This document shows positions 58,279 to 64,000 of a DNA stretch of 64,000 nt, in pieces (within the stretch, counting starts at the first letter, position 1; each line of letters starts with the position of its first letter). Source of the stretch: an uncultured Acidobacteriaceae bacterium (lineage in GTDB: Bacteria > Acidobacteriota > Terriglobia > Terriglobales > Acidobacteriaceae); the NCBI GenBank assembly GCA_963718395.1, contig CAVQYW010000003.1:4513-68512 (forward strand). Reading direction: 5' to 3'. A program made the translations under genes and the position numbers. The notes under the pieces are model-generated. The model searched no databases. It was not told where the DNA came from and was given only the letters and a program-made list of their open reading frames with translations.

Positions 58279-60546
58279 ATGGCATCGAACTCCAATCCGA
58301 GCGCGACGTTCGATCCGGCGTTACGTGCCTTCTATCGCGAAGAGAGCGCGCGTATTTTCGAGCAGTTCGGCGAAACCGTCCTGGGCCGCGCTATCACTGG
58401 CGGACGTTCCGATGCAGTAGAGAAGCTCCTGCTCGGCCTGTACGCTCAGCAGGAAGAGTTTCACGAACCGGGCTACGCGCTGGTAGCGCTTGGCGGATTT
58501 GGACGCTCGGCGCTGTTTCCTCACTCCGACATTGACCTTCTCTTTCTGTGCGAAAGCGAACGGCAGCGTGATCGCGCCAAAGATCCGGTGCGCCAAGTCT
58601 GCCAGGAGCTATGGGACAGCGGACTGCGGGTGAGTCCGACCACTCGCACGCTGGACGATTGCGCCCGCTTCGATCCCGACAACGTTGAGTTCACCATCTC
58701 ACTGCTTGACTCGCGGCTGCTGGTGGGTGATGAAAAGCTGTTCGCCACGATGCATGACCGCAGTCTGCCGCAGCTGGTGGCCCGCGAGTCCGGCGCGCTC
58801 GTCGAGGGCTTGACCCAGGTAACGCGGGCACGGCACTCCCGCTTCGGCAACACGCTCTTTCATCTCGAACCTAACGTTAAGGACGGGCCTGGTGGACTGC
58901 GCGACTTCGACGTCACGCGCTGGCTGGTAATCGTCGCAGCGCTCGCGTCGCAGAAGAGATGGCCCGAGTCGGCGGGGCAGTACAGCTCTGAAGACCCAGA
59001 GGTGACAGAGGCGGTCGAATTTCTCTCCGCAACGCGCTGCTATCTGCACTATCGCAGCAAGCGTGACGACAACCTGCTCAACTGGGATGCCCAGGAGGAG
59101 CTCGCGTCCCGCGGCATTGGTACGCAGCGGGAAGAGCATTCCTCGGCGGAATGGATGCGCCTCTACTTCCGGCATGCCCGGGCGATCCACCGCGCCGCGC
59201 TTCAGGCCCTGGAGCATGCGCCGGGAGGCGGCTCATCTCTGTCTCGCAGCTGGCGGCGTTGGCGGTCGCGTAACTCGAACGAAGAGTTTCCGGTGGCGGA
59301 GGGACGGGTTTCCATGCAGCAGGCGGCAGCGGCGCGTGATCCGGAGGTTGTGTTGCGGCTGTTCACCTTCGTGGCGCGGCAGGGGGTAAAGCTAAGCCTG
59401 GAGACGGAAGGCCGCTTGAACAATTCACGCCGCTCCCTGACTGAAACCATGCCGCAGGACGCGCGTGCCTGGCGTCATCTGAGCGAGTTGCTGGTGCAGC
59501 CACACGCGGCCGATGCGTTGCGGTCGATGCACGCACTGAAGCTGCTTTCGCCAGTCCTGCCGGAGATCGACGCCATCGATTCGCTGGTGTTGCGCGACCT
59601 TTATCACCGCTACACCGTAGACGAACACACTTTCTTAACCATCGAATCATTGCACCAGTTGGCCGGCAGCAACGAAGCCTGGCTCAAGCCCTTCGCGGAA
59701 TTGCACAGTGAGATTGAGCGTCCCGAGTTGCTGTACCTCGCGCTTTTATTGCATGACACCGGCAAGGCGCTCGACGGCACGGACCATGTTCGCAGCAGCC
59801 TTCAACTCACCGCTGTGGCGACGGAACGGCTCGGACTGAGCGCCGAAGACGCCGACACCGTCAGTTTTCTGGTCAGCAGCCATCTTGAATTGTCTTCTAC
59901 GCTGCGAAAGCGCGACATCTACGATCCGCAAACGGTTCGCGAGCTGGCAACCAAGCTGGGCACCGCGGAGCGTCTGAAGCTGCTGACGCTGATGACCCTG
60001 GCTGACATCAAGGCGGTCAACCCGGAGGCGCTGACTCCATGGAAAGCTGAAAATCTGTGGCAGCTCTACATTGCGACGGCAAACTACTTCAGCCGCAGCG
60101 TCGATGAGGAGCGCTTTCACCGAGACATGATCAATGAGCAAGTGGAGCGCATCGCCAGACTGCTGCCCAATCAACGATTGCAGCTGCTGCAATTTCTGGA
60201 TGGCCTGCCGCGCCGGTATCTGCTGTCCCACAGTCCTGAGCAAGTAATCACGCATCTCGCGATGGCGAATCGCCGCGGGGAAAATCCGGTCCAGCTCGAG
60301 CTGCGCCATCTGAATCAGCATTACGAACCAGTCAGCTGCAAACACGGTATCGGTGGCGCATCTTCAAGAGACGGCCACTTCAAAACGGGCAATCTCGCCT
60401 TCAAGTCTCTTGAGATTGCCGGCCACCCAATCAGATGTAAGCGGGCACGTATGGCCGAGATCAAGCTTTTCGATTCTCTCGACTGTTTCGTTCTCAGTCA
60501 AAAGCAAGAGTTGCTCCAGCTCACCCGCTGTCCGCAGGAGAGCTGA
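58279..60546 (+). CDS. glnD: [protein-PII] uridylyltransferase GlnD, C-terminally truncated (homology ends near 60330)
   Basis: Nucleotidyltransferase block ALGGFGRSALFPHSDIDLLFL, GlnD middle region, HD block LALLLHDTGK. After ...LELRHLNQHYE the expected ACT domains are absent, and the frame runs 72 unrelated codons to a stop at 60546. Confidence 0.85.
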   Translation: MASNSNPSATFDPALRAFYREESARIFEQFGETVLGRAITGGRSDAVEKLLLGLYAQQEEFHEPGYALVALGGFGRSALFPHSDIDLLFLCESERQRDRAKDPVRQVCQELWDSGLRVSPTTRTLDDCARFDPDNVEFTISLLDSRLLVGDEKLFATMHDRSLPQLVARESGALVEGLTQVTRARHSRFGNTLFHLEPNVKDGPGGLRDFDVTRWLVIVAALASQKRWPESAGQYSSEDPEVTEAVEFLSATRCYLHYRSKRDDNLLNWDAQEELASRGIGTQREEHSSAEWMRLYFRHARAIHRAALQALEHAPGGGSSLSRSWRRWRSRNSNEEFPVAEGRVSMQQAAAARDPEVVLRLFTFVARQGVKLSLETEGRLNNSRRSLTETMPQDARAWRHLSELLVQPHAADALRSMHALKLLSPVLPEIDAIDSLVLRDLYHRYTVDEHTFLTIESLHQLAGSNEAWLKPFAELHSEIERPELLYLALLLHDTGKALDGTDHVRSSLQLTAVATERLGLSAEDADTVSFLVSSHLELSSTLRKRDIYDPQTVRELATKLGTAERLKLLTLMTLADIKAVNPEALTPWKAENLWQLYIATANYFSRSVDEERFHRDMINEQVERIARLLPNQRLQLLQFLDGLPRRYLLSHSPEQVITHLAMANRRGENPVQLELRHLNQHYEPVSCKHGIGGASSRDGHFKTGNLAFKSLEIAGHPIRCKRARMAEIKLFDSLDCFVLSQKQELLQLTRCPQES

Positions 60547-62102
60547 AGCTAGAGCAGCGCGCGCCCGCCGCCAATCCAAGGGTGATCCGACGTTGGAAGG
60601 CGCGGGGACCGGATGCGCTGCGGCAATGGTTGCATCCGGCATCAATCCGCGATCGACCATACCGAGGGGCACCGGCCGCTCTGTGCCATCGCCGAGATCC
60701 AGCTCTACGATCCGATACGGGTTCTCAAGGAGAGCCGCGTCAGTCACCTTGCTTCGCGTTGCCTTATTCCTCGCCGCCGGCACGAACCAGCGCGTTGCTT
60801 GAAGCGGGCTCTGAGCTCAAAACGGGACAGGAGCTTAAGAAGATTCCGGACGTTCGTCGGATAGGCCATTCCAAGTGCCGGCAACAGCTTCAACGTCCGC
60901 AACATAGGCCCTTTGTTGTGGTAGCCCTCGGCAGCTGACAAGATCGTCCTTCGTCAGGAGCCTCCACGGATCCTCGTTCGATTTTAGTGTGCCGGTCGAG
61001 ACCAACTCCAACACCATGCTGGTGCCAAGCCGCATTCCTATCGCCTCGAGCGCGGCTCCGGCCCCAGGAAAGGCCCCCCGGTTCTGCCAAACCCTGTCGA
61101 CTTGGGCATTAAGCCATTCTTCGCGGTCCTCCCAGGGGCCCGGGACGAGCCCGTGCGCGCGGATCACACGCACCGCCTCCAGACACTTCACGAGCGACGA
61201 AAGTGCAACATCGTGCGTTGCATGTTCGCCGACATGGGAGAATGAGCGGATGTGCCCCCGCTCGGGAGCCACCACGATCTCCTCGACAAGCAAACGGCGC
61301 TGGGGCGTCCTCGTCCGGGTCCCCCGTGGGTTCCAGAAAGTCGTGATACGGAAGGAGCATGCCATGAACGCCATCCGGCCGAATAGAATGGGTAAACAAG
61401 CGATCCCACAATGGATATCGCGGGCCGGCCGATGCATCATAGCGCTGTATATCGCTTATCCAATCAAGCGTGCCCACGCCAACTATTAGTCGATTTATGC
61501 TCTCGTCGAGCGGATGGCCACTTTTCGTGTAGAAAAACACCAGCGACTGCTTCGCTGCGACGCGGCTAAAGAAAAGCTCTGACAGGGCTTCCTGGCGCTC
61601 TCGCCCAAACACCCATGGCGTTGGGAACGGCGCGTCGTCATCTGGCGGGAGATGCGACGGGAGGCTAGCCTCAATCTCCTCCTGAAACTCGCGCAACATC
61701 CAACGGAACGGGATAGCGAAGGTCGAGTAGGCGGGCACCTTGACCGTAGTCTTCTTGAGCCGTCCGTGCGTTGACTTTGCCTTGTCGTTCTCCCTGTACG
61801 GGTGGTCGAACACGCGCTCACCAGGGTCGATCATTCATGAAGCTGCCGGACTCCGCTTGACATGGCGGGAACTGACCATCCTTCAGCTCGGAGAACTCCG
61901 TTTCGTGGAGGCTATCTTCCAAATCGTCGCTCCGAGTTGCGCGGATACGGTCGAGGTCGATGCAGAAGGCATTCTTTGACGGGGCGCGGCAAATCCGGCC
62001 CTTCCATCGGTCGTCATGCCAGGCCACCCGAATGTTTAGGTGGTGCGTCGCGGCTGATTGCAAAGAGGTGGCCCCCGATGGTCTATCGCATCCTTTCGGC
62101 AT
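60364..62102 (-). pseudogene. large uncharacterised ORF (about 575 codons) broken by at least 3 frameshifts
   Basis: Protein-like pieces follow each other in different frames: 61818-62102 (HLNIRVAWHDDRWKGRICRAPSKNAFC ... PPCQAESGSFMN), 61330-61834 (IDPGERVFDHPYREN ... LIVGVGTLDWISDIQRYD ... LLPYHDFLEPTG), 60950-61330 (LLVEEIVVAPERGHIRSFSHVGEHATHD ... GAGAALEAIGMRLGT) and 60364-60783 (LLENPYRIVELDLGDG ...). Confidence 0.55.
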
Positions 62103-62350
62103 TTCACGTCTAGCAAGGTCGGCTCGCGCCAGCTAGCGCCGTTTCTCTGAGGATGTCTCGCCTCTTGCCGCGTTCCTCCGACGCCTCGAACGACCCACCG
62201 GGCGGACTTCTGACCGAACAAGGATCGCCGGCAAGGGTACGCTTTTCCCAATCAAACCGGCCAGGCTGTCTGTTGTCCTCATATTCCCGATCTGGCGACG
62301 CCGCGTCTTTCCTCATGTCCGGATTTGTGGCCCCTCCCTTATCTCGCTTC

Positions 62351-62557
62351 TTACTGATCGTCGGCAAGCCCGAGCCGGCGCCGGGCCGGAAGGCGAGGAG
62401 AAAGTCCGCCGGCCTTGGAGGCGGCGCTCGCGGCGCGAACGATGGCGCGATTGTCCTCGCGGAGCACCTCGAGCCAGGAAGCGATGTAGTCGGCATGCCG
62501 CACTGTCGGCGCGATGCCGAGCGAGGCGCAGCAGAAGGCGGCATTCATTTCGGCTCG
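62351..62557 (-). pseudogene. remnant of a second ArdC-family gene (C-terminal about 55 codons, frameshifted)
   Basis: AEMNAAFCCASLGIAPTVRHADYIASWLEVLREDNRAIVRAASAASKA parallels AEECCVEILSGLILADLGIAHHPRPDHAAYIASWLEVLKDDPRAIFTAASKA of the intact copy just upstream. There is no N-terminal part. Confidence 0.65.
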
Positions 62558-62604
62558 TTATCCTGACAGTCCAGCCTTTTTTGAACTTTTGGAGATGGCG
62601 CTGG

Positions 62605-63510
62605 TCATGCCGCCATCTCCTCGGTCTGGGGCTGCTGGGCGTGCATCCAATCGGCCGCCTGCTGCGCCTTGCTCGCAGCGGTGAAGATGGCGCGAGGGTC
62701 GTCCTTCAGGACCTCGAGCCATGATGCGATGTAGGCTGCATGATCGGGGCGCGGATGGTGGGCTATGCCCAGGTCGGCGAGGATCAGCCCGCTGAGAATC
62801 TCTACGCAGCATTCTTCTGCGGCATATGCGGCGGATCCGAATCGCCCTGAAAGGTCGCGGTCAAGCCGATGCTTGGCGCCGCTGGCGTGACCGTTCTCAT
62901 GCAGCCAGACGCCATAAAACGACGCAGGATCGCGGAACGAGGCGAAGGGCGGCATGAACACCGCGTCGGTCAATGGGCGATAGCAGGCTTCCAATCCTCC
63001 AAACACGGTCTTTATGCCGAGGTTGGAGATGAACGCTTCCGCATGCGCTAGGCGCTGGCTCTCCGAGAGGATGTCCGTCGCCGGCCGCTGATATCCGTCC
63101 ACCTGCGCGACATTGAACACCGAGAACGCCCGGGCGAACATGCGCCGATGGCCGTCATCGTCATCGTCGTCGTCATTGGGCTGCCGGGAGGAAGGAATCT
63201 CCCTCCACAACACGACCGTGGTGGAGCGTTCCCCCTGGCGGACCTGCGCGCCGGCCTCCTGCCATTGTTTGTAGGTTCCCCAGAGACCGTCGCCATATTC
63301 AGCGGCTAGGCCAGCAGCCCAAAGCGCCAGCGTGTTGATGCCTCGATAGCGTTTGCCGGACGCGACATTGGTCGGGCGGGCGACACTTGCGCCGTTGTGG
63401 AACCATGGCGCACGCCATTCGCCTGCGCCGCGTTCAATTGCCGCGACGATCTCGGCAGTGATGCGCGAATAGACGTCGCCGCGCCTCGTCGAGGCGGAAG
63501 TGTGGGACAT
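62605..63510 (-). CDS. ardC: ArdC-family antirestriction protein (N-terminal ssDNA-binding DUF1738 domain plus zincin-like metalloprotease)
   Basis: DVYSRITAEIVAAIERGAGEWRAPW, GKRYRGINTLALW, WGTYKQWQEAGAQVRQGE, FSVFNVAQVDGY. HExxH is present as WLHENGHASG. ATG 63510 follows GGAG; a longer start at ATG 63636 follows AGGAG. Confidence 0.85.
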   Translation of the reverse strand: MSHTSASTRRGDVYSRITAEIVAAIERGAGEWRAPWFHNGASVARPTNVASGKRYRGINTLALWAAGLAAEYGDGLWGTYKQWQEAGAQVRQGERSTTVVLWREIPSSRQPNDDDDDDDGHRRMFARAFSVFNVAQVDGYQRPATDILSESQRLAHAEAFISNLGIKTVFGGLEACYRPLTDAVFMPPFASFRDPASFYGVWLHENGHASGAKHRLDRDLSGRFGSAAYAAEECCVEILSGLILADLGIAHHPRPDHAAYIASWLEVLKDDPRAIFTAASKAQQAADWMHAQQPQTEEMAA

Positions 63511-63852
63511 GAGGGAATCTCCGCGGCTGGCGGGGGGAGCCTCTCTCGCCGCCTGAACCAGCCGACCCATTCCGGCCTTCCTCTTCCTCTCCCGTCCCGA
63601 ATGGCTGCTTCTGTTTGGTCCTTCCTGTCTCGTCATGGAGGTTGCTCCTGTTCGGCCGGGGTTCATCCCCGGCAGCGGAGCAGCCACCTGCGACGCCCGA
63701 AGGCGCGACCGCGCACTCGCAGAGCCGAAGCGGAGCGGAGGACGGCGATGAGCCGTTGCGCGGGCGAGCTGGGCGTCGCGCGCTTCGACGCTGTCGGGGT
63801 GGAGCCCGGCTCAACCCGCAACATCTGCTTTCATCTGCTTTCTGGGCTGGCG

Positions 63853-64000
63853 TCAGTCGCCGTGATCTATGTTGTCGAGGACGGTCTCGATCCGCTCGAG
63901 GTCCTTCTGCAGAGCGGCGCGCTGCAGCGAGGACAGACGCTTCTCTTTGAGTAAGGCTCTGCATTCATTCGCGGAGCGCGCCCACGCCGGTCGATGCCTG
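63853..64000 (-). CDS. 3' end of an ORF entering from the right edge (coiled-coil-like C-terminus)
   Basis: Open frame from the window edge to TGA (plus-strand TCA at 63853-63855): ...NECRALLKEKRLSSLQRAALQKDLERIETVLDNIDHGD. No function can be assigned. Confidence 0.3.
   Translation of the reverse strand, partial: RHRPAWARSANECRALLKEKRLSSLQRAALQKDLERIETVLDNIDHGD

Overview
This 64-kb chromosomal segment looks like a soil Acidobacteriota-type genome. That placement is inferred from gene content and repeat families and is not verified.

Left third: a dense two-component/c-di-GMP signalling cluster with an EAL protein, four receiver proteins and one 1130-aa kinase carrying two transmitter cores. 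A stress-gene neighbourhood follows (BON, YfdX-like, HdeD, GrpE, Hsp20, ECF-like sigma, DnaK, OsmY-like).

Middle: envelope and housekeeping genes, tRNA-Pro(GGG), FkpA, a TPR-secretin and NadE.

From about 36.5 kb, many genes are split by +/-1 frame changes: gpmI, eno, a methyltransferase, an S53 peptidase, boxC, an FprA-like reductase and feoB. Their neighbours boxB, boxR and selD are intact.

44.5-51.6 kb is an aerobic benzoyl-CoA (box) cluster with BoxR, BoxC and BoxB but no BoxA-type reductase. selD carries an in-frame UGA at the catalytic Cys/Sec position.

amtB, a PII gene and glnD follow. GlnD homology stops abruptly near 60.33 kb. Beyond that point lies a different segment with an ArdC antirestriction gene, an ArdC remnant and a large broken ORF. 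This is either the edge of a conjugative or other mobile element, or an assembly join.

Intergenic regions carry a conspicuous family of heptamer-periodic arrays and GC-stem/tetraloop hairpins, plus one MITE with a 7-bp target duplication.

All calls are made by eye from the translations. Frameshift positions are approximate, and no database search was possible.
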